Made by a program: the position numbers and the translations under genes. This document shows positions 13,896 to 32,373 of a DNA stretch of 64,000 bases, piece by piece; the stretch's first letter is position 1; every line of letters starts with the position of its first letter. The stretch lies in the NCBI RefSeq assembly GCF_020745735.1, contig NW_026869311.1, forward strand, positions 1-64,000, given 5' to 3'. The stretch comes from Hemiscyllium ocellatum. Lineage: Eukaryota. The notes below the pieces were generated by a model. The model was not told the DNA's origin. It saw only the letters and a list, made by a program, of their open reading frames with translations, and did no database searches.

Positions 13896-14560
13896 TGTTA
13901 GGCCGGAACCTCGGGGTTCCAGTCTTTGCGAGTTCTTTGGAAGGAGAGACCGCACCAGCTTCTTTAGTTTGGAGCAGAGCACCGTTTATTTTACAGAATC
14001 AAAACTGGCAAACTGTACAACGAATTCTACAGCATGCAATTCGTTGGAGAAGGCGTTCTAACCCCTCTGCTCAAATTCGCCCCAGTTATACCCCTCGCTG
14101 GCCAGTGTTCCCGGTCAGGTGTCCACGTCTGGCCTTCCTGTTGGCTACTCGTTCCCGGGCAAAGCGTTCCGCTCTCTGGTTGGATGGTTTGAGCTGTCTG
14201 TCCGTTTGCCTCGGAGCGGGCAGTCCCGTAGACATTGTGGGGCCACTGGTCCCGCTTATTTAATTAGTGGTTTACCAGAAACAATAGTTCATTACCATTT
14301 AAGTGAGTAGTTTTGATGGTTCAATTGACACCTCAAATAATCCAATTAACAATGTCTACCAGTTACAAATTCCAGAGGTACAATTAATAGGCCGTCTATC
14401 AGCTAGCCTCTGATCAGATTAGGAGGCCAGCAGTTTCTAGTTCAGTGATCATGATAGTTGAACCATTTCAGGCCCGGTATTAGAAGCACTTGTTACAGTT
14501 ATAGTTTTTTTCCCTCCCTAGATCTAGTGTGCCCACCCCACTAGTACAACTACCCCAACA
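13896..14560 (-). repeat. ERV 5' LTR (665 bp)
   Basis: Direct repeat of 4548-5211, followed on the minus strand by TC and the PBS. Confidence 0.95.
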
Positions 14561-15727
14561 ATACCTACTGGGTCTTTCTATTGCCTCATCATCTTCCTGC
14601 AGGAGCACTGCACCGATACCCACATCACTGACATCAATAACCACTTTGAAAAGCTTCGTATAATCCGCTGTGGCTAATACTGGGGCGATGGTTAACACAG
14701 TGTTTAGGCTGTCAGTCTGCTGTCCACTGAAACTTCTTGCTCTTTTTTTAAACAACTCAGCTAATGGAGCAGCCACACTGCTAAAGTTCAGCACAAACTT
14801 TCAGTAAAATCCATTCAACCCCCAGGAACGGTAGTCCAGCTTTTTTCGTCAACGGTGTGGGAAGTTCCCCAACTTCTTTTGTTTTCACATCCCATGGGGC
14901 CATTTGTCCATGTCCAATAACATGGCCCAGGAAGGTGACTTGGACTTTGGCAAATTCACTTTTAGCCTGGTTTACCACCTTCTGAAGTCGACCGACCAAG
15001 TCCGATAAATGTTCCTTCCAGAAGTAACTGAAAATCACCAGGTCATCAATATGCGTCACACAGTTGGGTCATCTGGCAATGGCCTTATTAGTCAGTCTCT
15101 GAAATGTGGCTGGAGCATTTTTCATACTAAGTGGCATGACTTTGAACTGATATTGTCCATCTGGCATTATGAAAGCCAAAATTGCCTTTGCTCTCTCTGA
15201 CAGGGGTACTTGCAGGTAGCCTCTGAGCAAGTCTGACTTAGAAATGTAAGTTGCTTGCTCCACTTTTTTGACACAGTCCTCCAACCGTGGATATGCATCA
15301 ATCTCTGTAACAGCGTTGATTTTGTTATAGTCCACACATAACCATTGGGTATTATCTGGCTTTGTCACCATGACTATGGGTGAGCTCCAATCACTCTAAC
15401 TCACTTTGATTATGCCAGTTTGGAGCACGTGCCCTAGTTCCTTCTAAACCTGTGCCAACTTTCAGTTGTTATGCCCATAAGGATGTTGCTTAATCAGAAC
15501 AACATCTATATCTACATCATGCCCAGTTAAATTAGGACTTCCCAACAGAAAGCCTCACTCTTCCTCACATTGAGTCCTGTCTGTTAGTGTTTACTCATTC
15601 ATTTTTACAATGTCTTGTTGCAAACTTTCTGCTCCCAGCCACACCACTTACTTTATCACCCAGAAACGTGGGCATACATCTTTATTCCCCTTCATCTAGA
15701 TCGATCTATAAATGTGAAACTTGAAGC

Positions 15728-15882
15728 NNNNNNNNNNNNNNNNNNNNNNNNNNNNNNNNNNNNNNNNNNNNNNNNNNNNNNNNNNNNNNNNNNNNNNNNN
15801 NNNNNNNNNNNNNNNNNNNNNNNNNNNNNNNNNNNNNNNNNNNNNNNNNNNNNNNNNNNNNNNNNNNNNNNNNNNNNNNNNN
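15728..15882. other. Assembly gap (155 N)
   Basis: Run of n characters. Confidence 1.
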
Positions 15883-16417
15883 GCAGCCACACTCCCTGCC
15901 TCCTTCGCTCTTCCTGAATCCCAACCCCACATCCAAAAGGTATCTTCCTATTCCATGTACACACATTCCCCCCACTCCCACCCCTCCCTCCATTATCTCA
16001 TCAGCAATGAAATTGATTTTAGTTGCATTGATTTTCTGCAAACTGATAGCATCAGCTGTCCAGAATCAGAGCTCCCCAATTCATCTCAGTATTTGACAAG
16101 TTTGGCAATGGATATTTCTCCCTGTACACAGTGTTGAATACAATGATACCTGAAGAACTGGTTCACCTCAGCTAAGGGTCCCTGATATTGATCACAGCAG
16201 TTGAAGGATATTGATCTGTACTAGATCCACTACCCAATCTGTAAACCAATCATGTTGTGGAGATGGACAGTAGAGTGGTGGGATGCTTCTATTCAGTGAA
16301 TGTTATTTCTATTGTTGTTGTGTTTCACAGGATTGCTACTATCCATCCTTTCTCCTTCTATAAAAAGAGACAGCTATTGGATTTGAGGTAGGATATTAAA
16401 AATATGAACACATGCAT

Positions 16418-17125
16418 ACCTATACAAGGTATTTGCCAAAAACGGATACCCGCGCAACTTTATCAACAGATGCCTAAGAGATAGACCACGGAACGTGGAC
16501 ATGCCACAACCAAAAGGACTAGCCACACTACCATACATCAGGAGCGTTTCAGAACTGACAGCCAGACTACTGCGACCCTTAGGACTCATAACGGCACACA
16601 AACCAACAGCCACGCTCAGACAACTCACTAGAACAAAGGAGCCGATACCCAACATGAGCAAAACTAATGTAGTTTACAAAATACCATGCAAGGACTGCAC
16701 AAAACACTATATAGGACAAACAGGAAGACAGCTAACAATCCGCATACATGAACATCAACTAGCCACGAAATGACACGGCCAGCTATCCCTAGTAGCCACA
16801 CACAGACAACAAGCAACATGAATTCGACTGGAAAAACACTACTATCATAGGGCAAGCCAGACAGAGAACAGCCAGGGAATTCCTAGAGGCATGGCATTCA
16901 TCCACAAACTCCATCAAACACATCGACCAGGACCCAATATACCAACCACTACAGCGGACAGCTGAAACTGACACCCGGAAGCGGCAAGGACAGACCACTA
17001 TAAAGACCAGACGAAACATCAAAGAAGCGCTTCGCAGGAGGCTCCAGAGCACTGATGATGTCTCCTAGCCAGGGGATGAAACGTTTGCAACAAAAACTTC
17101 CAGCTCGACGAACAGAACCACAACA
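16418..17125 (+). mobile_element. 5'-truncated Penelope-like element (GIY-YIG 3' end plus terminal hammerhead motif)
   Basis: NVVYKIPCKDCTKHYIGQTGRQLTIRIHEH...[11 protein letters not shown] (AACA)CATGCAT. CTGATGA...GAAAC-GTT at 17052-17085. Confidence 0.9.
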
Positions 17126-17738
17126 CATGCATCATTTCAGGACAGCAGTCCATTCTTTCTGCTTTGCCACATGCTCAGAGGGCATCATCCTTGAATGTAG
17201 AGTGCAGGAAGTTGTTTAATAATAAATATAAACTTGCATTTACATCTAAGGCCACAGATTTCATTCCCAATGACATTATCTGTTTCACCAATATGGTGTT
17301 TAATATTTGACAGCTTCAGCTATTTATCTACAATGATTAAAAACCCCATGAGACAGCTGTTGTATGTTGCTGCAATTTTCATTAAGATGACACTCAGGAG
17401 GATGATTAACCACCAAAGTCTAAAGGAGGACAAGAAACTCCAGAAGAATGTTTAAACAGGCTGTTGTGGTGCAGTGGTAGTGTCCCTTCCCTGATACAAG
17501 ACCTACCTGCTCCACATGTGTAACGATGTCTGAAAAGGGTGATTAAGAAAAATAGTTCAAAGCAAGTTAAAGGTCTCACATGTCATGCAGCTAAGAACCA
17601 TGGATATGAAAGCAATCATTGAATTTTATAAAAAAGGTGTTTTGTCATTCACAGATTTTATTTTCAAGTTCAATGAGAATTCACAATTTAGTACTATACA
17701 TTAGAATAATTGCATATTGCAGTTTGACAGAGTCTCAC

Positions 17739-19406
<1,668 letters not shown>

Positions 19407-19459
19407 CTTCACTATTCCTGCTCACTATCACCTGAACAACTCCAGAACTGACCCACAAA

Positions 19460-19615
19460 CTCTTGTATTTATCCTCCTGGGACATCCCACACCCAACCAG
19501 GGAATGACTCACCAATGATGATTGACAATCATAACAGCCAATCAGGAATCATCCATAAATCCAGACACCAATGAACGGCATGGGGTGGTGTCAGATACCC
19601 AGAGCCAATCAGAGG
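19460..19615 (-). promoter_or_regulatory. Conserved ferritin promoter (copy 2 shown; homologues at ~25820-25985, 31430-31565, 37850-37985, 44630-44790, 52785-52950, 58435-58600)
   Basis: GATAAA(T/C) TATA-like box ~60-70 nt before the ATG, up to four inverted CCAAT boxes (copy 2: 19512, 19538, 19568, 19605), a GATTGACAATC palindrome and a TGAC(A)TCA-like motif. Conserved across copies 2-8 although the introns diverge. Confidence 0.7.
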
Positions 19616-19622
19616 TTTGAAA

Positions 19623-19903
19623 TGGCAACATAGTGGCTCAGTAGTTCACACTGCTGTCTCACAGTGCCAGGGACCTGGGCTCGATTCCAACCTGGGGCAA
19701 CTGTCTGTGTGGATTTCCTCTGGGTGCACCAGTTTCCTCCCACAGGCACAAAGATATGCAAATCAGGTGAATTGGCCATACTAAACTGCCAATAGTGTTA
19801 AATGTATTAGTTAGAGGGAAATGAGTTACTCTTCAGAGGGTCAGTGTGGTCTTGTTGGGCCAAAGGGCCTGTTTCCACACTGTAGGGAATCTAATCTAGT
19901 CTA
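19623..19903 (+). mobile_element. HE1-like tRNA-derived SINE
   Basis: Pol III A/B boxes (GTGGCTCAGTAG...GGCTCGATTCC), conserved core, LINE-like tail GGGCCTGTTTCCACACTGTAGGG plus (AATCT)n. Confidence 0.8.
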
Positions 19904-22749
19904 ACCTGTGATTGCACTTAATTACAGAAGGTGACCGTAGGCCGACAGCAGTGTGTGGACTTAGAGCTTGCTTCTGAGATGGTGTCAAGTCACTCAGTCC
20001 AAGGGCAATTAGGGATGGTCAGCACTGGTTGGCATCAACAGCAACAGCTCCATTCCATGGATTAATTTAAAAAACATACTCACTCCAAGGCCATAATATG
20101 AATACAGAACACAACCCTCCAGCTGTGTGTACTCTGCACTTTATACGAATGTGACACAACCTGTACATTCCAGTCGCCTCTCCCCAACAGATGAAGACTA
20201 AAATGATGTCAGCCTTTTAAATTCAGTTTTGTTACTGATTGTGGTGTTTTAGTAGTTTCTGCACGTGGTCTCCTAACTCTCTGCTCCTCTTCAGTTCTTG
20301 GCTCTTCATTATATTGAAATAAGTCTGATTTATCTAGGTCCAAAGTGCACTTTTCCTCACATCGAATTGTTGGCTAGTCTTGTCCGCTTATTATATCAGT
20401 GTTCCCCACAATATTCTGCCTGTTAATGTGCGATCCAACTGAACGTAATCAGGAAGTGTGATATAGCTCTCTATTCTTTGAACTGTGTCGCCTGGAAACA
20501 TATTGAAGTCTGAGATGCCTGTGGGGAAGACACAGGGACATCAAAACCGAGATAAAAAGGAGGAGGCCATTCAGCCCCTTGAGCTTACTCTGCCATTTTA
20601 TATGATCATGGTGGATCCCATCAAACCCAATAAGCCCTGATCTTGCTTCCTTGCATATTAGTCAATCCCTTTAGCCCCAAATGCTCGATCTAAATCCTTG
20701 GAGTCAAAATTCTGACCTTGACTGTATTCTGTGGTTGCAGGTCCCACAGGCTCACCACTCTCTGGGTGATGAAATGTATCAGCATGTCCACGACACCAAG
20801 TTGCAGACAAATTGCCGATCGAGGGGGAGAGTCTGATCTGTTTCAGAGAGTCTGCAGTCAGTGTGCGTTGGTTTGCTACCTGGGGTGTTAAGTATTTTGA
20901 CTAATTAACATGTATTCCTGCATTTACTAGAGATTCGTGAAGGTTAGGAATTGATATGTAAAGTTAAAAGCAGCAAGGAATCCGACGTCAACCTGGTCAG
21001 AGACTTTTCCCCAGTTAGCGTCTGCAAAAGAATTAGAACTTTTGGCAATCCAGGAAGGCTTGTGACAATCTTATGTAGAAACACCTGAATTACACACTGT
21101 CCCCCAGGCCCTTGCAGAGAGGGAGACTGAAACAGCTTTGACCCAGCCACTGAATGCAGTAACCAGTCCCTTCCTGATATTTCACTGCTTCATGATATTA
21201 TAGCTGACAGTGACACAGTCCCGAAACAACAGGAATTGAGAGATTACATTTGTAGGGGAAAGAGAAAACAGATGGGTTCTGAAGGGTCACAACTTGAAAT
21301 GTTTATTGAGTTTCTCTCTCCATAGATGCTGCCAGACCTGTTGAGTTTCTCCAGTAATCAGTTTTGCTTCAGATTGCCAGCATCTGCAATTCTTTAATTA
21401 GACTCACTATATGGATAGCTGAGCTATATATCCTAAAGTGTCTCAATAAAGATTGTGGTATCAAGCTCATGGCCTTATCACTAGGCTATTAATGCAGAAG
21501 CCCAGGCATGAATTCAACTATAGCAGCATGTGATTTTAATTTACTTAAAGTCTCAATTTAGTCTAATAACAATCACAAAACCACTATCAGAAAAAAAAAA
21601 ACGCCACATTATTCTCTCAATGCCTTTGGTGAAGAAAAAGTATCCATTTTGATCAGTAGAATAAAGGAGGTAGCTTGTGGGCAAAATAGACAGAAGGCAG
21701 AACGCTTCACTACAGAGGGAGCTCACCAGCAGGAATTGTGGAAAGTTATTAAAACAAATGGAACTTTGTAAATATCACCAAAGGAGTGTTGCTGCAATTG
21801 TACAGGGTGGTGGTACAAAAGCATCAGGGATATCACTCCATACTCCGAGGGGAAATAGAGGTACTTTAAAAGGGAGATTAGCAACAGTTCACTAAATTAC
21901 TGATCAGTAAGAAAAGCCTTTCATTACTATCATCTCTTGTAACTCACATTTGCAAGCAATGGCAGAAGGATGAGAGGCAATCCAATTATTACATGATGCT
22001 CAGGGGATTGGGTGGTTAGATACAGCTGATATTTAGTCTTGCTGCTAAATCTAGGGTGAAGTCTTGTTCCTCAGATGCAGCCTAATCTCCTGTGGTATTT
22101 CCCCCACTGCCACATGTGATCATCTGATTTCTGCAGTCCTCACCATCTCAGTTTTAAGGTAGGGTAGCAGATTTAAAAATATGGAGGAGGAGGGATTACT
22201 TCCCATAAAGAGTCATTCGCTAGCCTGGATTGCAGTGAATTTAAAGGAAGAGACATTTAGTAATGATTGACAAGTTTATGAAGAAGCATGTCCTATGGAG
22301 GGCAGGTAGGCCACCAGCATTGTACCAGACTGAGGGGACAAATTGCCACCTCCTACATACTGTCCTTACTGGGATAGGCCTATACCCAAAGCACAGCAAT
22401 GTGCTTGACTTTATCCCCAATGAAGGGCTTTTGCCTGAAATGTCGATGTCGCTGAACTTTGGATGCTGCCTGAACTGCTGTGCTCTTCCAGCACCACTGA
22501 TCCAGAATCTAGTTAGAATGGAGCAGGATGTGCCTTGGCCAATGACCCCCACACAGCAAGTGATAAACATCCTGAGGAGGCAATACTGAACCAAGACTGG
22601 TAAAGGGACATGGAAGGCAGATATTGGAGTCACATTCTAGGAATTAACTACTGAATGATACGAGACACTATACCAGTGTATATTTTATTTCCACGTTCAG
22701 CAATAGAGAAATCAATTTTACTTTCACATACAGGACTCCAGAATCCCAC

Positions 22750-25755
<3,006 letters not shown>

Positions 25756-26705
25756 CTTCACTATTCCTGTGCACTATCACCTAGACAACTCTAGAAATAA
25801 GCCTCTTTCCCACAAGCTCTTGCATTTATCCTCCAAGGCCACCCTGCACCCAACCAGGGAATGATGTTAGTGATGATTATTGACAATCCCTGATAGCCAA
25901 TCAGGAATCTTCATCTATCCAGGCACCAATGAACAGAGGAGAGAGGTCTGTGGGGGTGGAACCAAGACCCCGAGCCAATCAGAGGTTGGGAAAATAGAGA
26001 GAGTTTGAAAATAGAGAGGCTTGATGATTTTGATCCCATTGACACTCTTCAAATCTGAAAATCTCTGGAAGTTTGATACTCTCAAAATATTTCTTACTTT
26101 CTTCTGAACAGCTTTTCAGAACCTGGTCAGGTTTGTTACTCGTGAGGAGTTGTGAAGCTGATACAGTACCCTAAACAAATTCAATTACCTGGAGGCGACT
26201 TGTAAACCAGCCATTGGACAGAGAAATGGACATGTGAGACTGAGAGGGAGTGAACGTGACTATACTCAGTGCCACCCACAGACTCGTCCCCCATTGGCTG
26301 CAGTGGGGTTGGGGACAGGCTTGATGGAGCAGCTGGTCTTTTCCTACCCATCTGTGTTGTTTGTTCAATGAGTACTTTTTTGGGTGACTTTCAGTCTGGG
26401 TGAGGACTATTTGAATCTGTGTGAAATGTTGTAACTCAGATGTTTTCCACCTCTTTGATTCAGACTCAATGGGGACCATTTAGCCTATTTTGGTTTTGCT
26501 GGTGTTTTCAAATTAGTCCCACTCCTATTGGCTTTCCCAAGAATGCTGCCATTTATTTCCTGTCATTCTATGTCTCCAAATCCCTCTTTAACACGTTCAA
26601 GGCATCTGCTTCCATTATCCTGTCTTGACAGTGCATTCCCAATTGTAACAACTCACTACCTAAAAATAATTTTAGTCTCTCCCTCTGGCCTTGCATTGGT
26701 ATTAT

Positions 26706-27445
26706 AGCACGGTGGCTCAGTAGTCAGTGCTGCTGCCTCACCACACCAGGCACCCAGGTTCAATTCCACTTTTGGGTGACTCTTTGTGGGAGTTTGCATA
26801 TTCTCCCTGTGTCTGTGTGGGTTTCCTCCAGGTGCTCCAGTTTCTTCCCACAGTCCAAAGATGAGCAGGTTAGGGTGGATTGGCCATGGGTAATTGTCCA
26901 AGGATGTGCAGGCGAGGTGGGTTAGCCATGGGAAATTAGGGGAGTTACAGAGATGGGGTCGGGAGTCCTGTTGGGATGCTGTTTGGAGAGTTGTACAGGC
27001 CAGACTAGTCGAATGGCTTCGTTCTGCACTGTACGAGTTCTACCTTTCTCTAAGATCCCAAGTGTTGATGTCTGGGTTTATGAGAGAAGTAGTTCTTGCC
27101 TGGGACAGCACGGTGGCTCAGTGGTTAGCACTGCTGTCTCACAATGCCAGGGACCCAGGTTTGATTCCAGCCTCAGGCAACTGTCTGTGCGATGTTTCCG
27201 CATTTTCACCGTATCTGCATGGGTTTCCTCCATGTGCTCTGGTTTCCTCCCAAAATCCAAAGATGTGCAGGTTAGGGTGGATTGGCCAAGCTAAATTACC
27301 CATAGCATATAGGCTAAGTGCATTAGTTAGGGCTAAATGTAGAGAAAGCAGGAAATGGGTCTGGGTGGGATACTCTTCATAGGATTGGTGTGGATTTGTT
27401 CAGTAGAAAGGCCTGTTTCCATGTGGTAGGGATTTTATGATTCTA
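26706..27445 (+). mobile_element. Two tandem HE1-like SINEs (~26706-27040, ~27102-27445)
   Basis: GCACGGTGGCTCAGT(A/G)G...CCCAGGTT heads and shared core. Confidence 0.8.
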
Positions 27446-29152
27446 GATGAATATGTGGTTTCCATGGAGTAAACCCTGGTTTAGATGGAAATAAGGCTAA
27501 GATTCAAATCGGAATAAACTGCTCATGTTGCAGACACAACCTTCTTCGGAGAGGTGCCACTAAATGGGCACAGTTGACCCACCTAAATAGACAACGTATC
27601 TAGGTATGGACAACTGTCTTTGTTGAAAAGACAAAGGGAGTGTCCAGTGGTCATAAAGGGCTTTGTCCAAGTGCATGAACATCACATGGTTACTCAAAAG
27701 CCTCCACCGTGGACATCAAAGACTTTGATAATGGTCTGTTTGGACTTTTCATAGAAACACCAAATTCAGCACCTGACTTTAGGGAACAGGAATGGTATTG
27801 GGTTGAAAAATGCTCATCATTTTTTCTATTTGAGGGTCATAAGATGCAAAGTTATGACTCAAAGTGACTGAAGATTAAGTTTCTTGCTGTAACAGCCAGA
27901 TCTTAACTAAGTTCCTCAAGTTCACTGCTAAATATCAGAAATTCAGTCAGAACAAAAGGAAGGTTAAATCATTGAGAAGTGATCCAACAGGATTGAAATG
28001 GATGTTTCATTTGCATTTTACACCAAACAAATTTATGAAGGAGTTGCTGCTATTAAGTTTTATAAACTGATGGAACCAGCCTGTCAAATGAACTACTCCA
28101 TTCAATTGACACCAAGTCATTTACTTTTAGTGGGCCCACATCAATTCCAATCCTGGGGAGGGAGAGAGAGGCGCTCAACTGTTTGATCACTTTGAAGCTC
28201 AGATATGCAGAGCCAGCTTTAGTCTCCAACCCCACTAAAAGTACACTCCACATTGCCAAGAGAGCGTGCTCAGTAAAAGATGGAGGTCACAGAAGATTCC
28301 AGAATTTGAGACTGCTTATCATTTACAACTTTGCTCAAATGTTACCAGAATTCTAAGAGGAGTGTGAAAGGTTTAAGTGAACACAACCAGACTAGTTGAT
28401 TTTTTAAATCCATTGGAATTTAAGTAGAACATTAAAATTATTTCGCAATGTAATAGTTTGGGCCATAATGGTGTTTACAAACATTTGTTGAACTTGATTT
28501 AAAGTTCACAGGAGTTGTTTTGTCTGGCAGTGCTGTTAGAAAACCTGACCTATCTGGTCTTCTCCAAAACACTGACTGCTAGAAATCTGAAAGTGAAAAG
28601 GATTGGAAAACCCAATAAGTCAATTGACTCAAATCCTTTGACTTTGTCCCTTATTTATAGACAGCAGCCATTTGTATTTATTAAGGCTTCCTCTTGCACA
28701 CTGCTGTATCCCTACCTATCAGGCAGGAGGCCCTGAACAACTCCGTCCTGGAGGAGGGCACCTTTAAACAGAAGGTTTAGGCAGAAGTGTGCTTTAAGGA
28801 AAATCAATAAAGTCCAGGCACATGGCCCCACTGTCAAATGTTAGTTGGGCAAACAAAAAGGTACAATATGATAATACAACTGTTCTAGTATCTCCAACTA
28901 TTGACAGTGCAATGCACAAATTATGCAAATATTGAGTTTGTCCATGTTATTTGTGGGAATGACGATCACTCAAAACATTTAGCTGGTCTGGTGCAATAGA
29001 AAGGATTTCAGAACTAATACATTTACAAAACCATGAGAGTCCACTCAAACTGTTTATTGTCTGTTAGTAACTGACAAACAGAACCTCACTAGTTACGAGT
29101 ATCCTAGTTGTACTAGTACAAAAACACCACAAACTCATTCCCTGCAGTCAGT

Positions 29153-31363
<2,211 letters not shown>

Positions 31364-32186
31364 CTTCACTATTCCTACTCACTATCACCTCAACAACTCT
31401 AGAACTGAGCCTCTCTTCCACAAGCTCTTGCATTTATCCTCCTGGGACACCCTGCACCCAACCAGGGAATGATGTCACCATGATTGACAATCATGACAGC
31501 CAATCAGGAATCACTCATGCATCTAGGCACCAATGAATAAGGATATGAGCTAGAGCCAATCAGAGCTTTGGAATGCAAACAAATTGAGAGGCTTTTTCTC
31601 AATGATGTCACTGCTCTTAGGTTTCGTTTCAAATTGAAGGTGTTTAACATTCTTGTTTGAACTTAGTGATAACGACTAAAATGAAATAAGGAACTGCAGC
31701 TGCTGGAAATCTGAAACAAAAACAGAGATTGCTGGAGAAACTCAGAAGGTTTTGCAGCATCTGTGAAGAGAGAAACAGAGTAAATCTTTCAAGCCCTGAC
31801 CCTTCGTCAGAATAGATTATCTGAAGAATGAGCACTGGACTTGAAACGTTAATTTTGTTTCTCTCTCCACAGTTGCTGTCAGACCTGCAGAGTTTCTCCA
31901 GTAATCTCTGTTCGTGTTGTTAATGATAACTTGTAACTTTTGCTGAAATAACATTTCAGAACCTGGTCATGTTTGTTGCGTGTGAGGAGCTGTGAAGCTG
32001 ATACAGTACAAATTAAATCATTCTGTGGGACTTTGCCAACCGGCCACTGGACAGAGAAATGGAAATGTGTGAATGAGAGGCAGTGAATGTGACCAACTCC
32101 AGTATCACCCACACACTCAGCTGCTGTTCCACAGTAGGGAGCCTCCATTTGTAACAGGAAGTTTCAATGTCCCACTATCAGAGATC

Positions 32187-32373
32187 AGGAGAATCGATGT
32201 TTCGGGCGTGAGCCCTTCTTCAGGAGTGATGAAAGACACTTTCCTCATTCCTGAAGAAGGGCTTATGCCCGAAACGTCGATTCTCCTGCTCCTTGGATGC
32301 TGCCTGACCTGCTGCGCTTTTCCAGCAACACATTTTCAGCTCTGATCTCCAGCATCTGCAGTCCTCACTTTCT
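32187..32373. mobile_element. Short palindromic Penelope-end insertion with two opposed hammerhead motifs (paralogous copy at 38606-38792; similar unit at 62336-62583)
   Basis: Inverted repeat of AGGAGAATCGA(C/T)GTTTCGGGC...GCCCTTCTTCAGGA. TSD CCACTATCAGAGATC (perfect in the 38.6-kb copy). TSD AACAGCTYCATGGTC for the 62.3-kb unit. Confidence 0.8.

Larger units (their letters stand above)
4548..14560 (-). mobile_element. Non-autonomous class I (gamma/epsilon-like) endogenous retrovirus, full-length provirus
   Basis: TG...CA LTRs at 4548-5211 and 13896-14560 with ~7 differences by eye. 4-bp TSD ATAC (4544-4547, 14561-14564), PBS, PPT, and relics of PR, RT, IN and Env in retroviral order. Confidence 0.9.
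3733..15540 (-). mobile_element. Deleted Gypsy/Ty3 LTR retrotransposon, interrupted by an ERV
   Basis: Frameshifted RT/RNase H at ~15540-14561 (LCVDYNKINAVTEIDAYP, YQFKVMPLSMKNAPATFQRL, HIDDLVIFS, DVSDVGIGAVLLQ) continues across the ERV at 4547-4349 (YFSSKLDIHQQKYSTVEQETLSLV...FTDH...RLFRW). It is joined directly to a 3' LTR at 4348-3733 (TATA ~4205, AATAAA ~3880). Integrase is missing. Confidence 0.88.

Noticed and set aside
15615-16137. ORFs containing X runs
   Set aside because: They are artefacts of the N gap.
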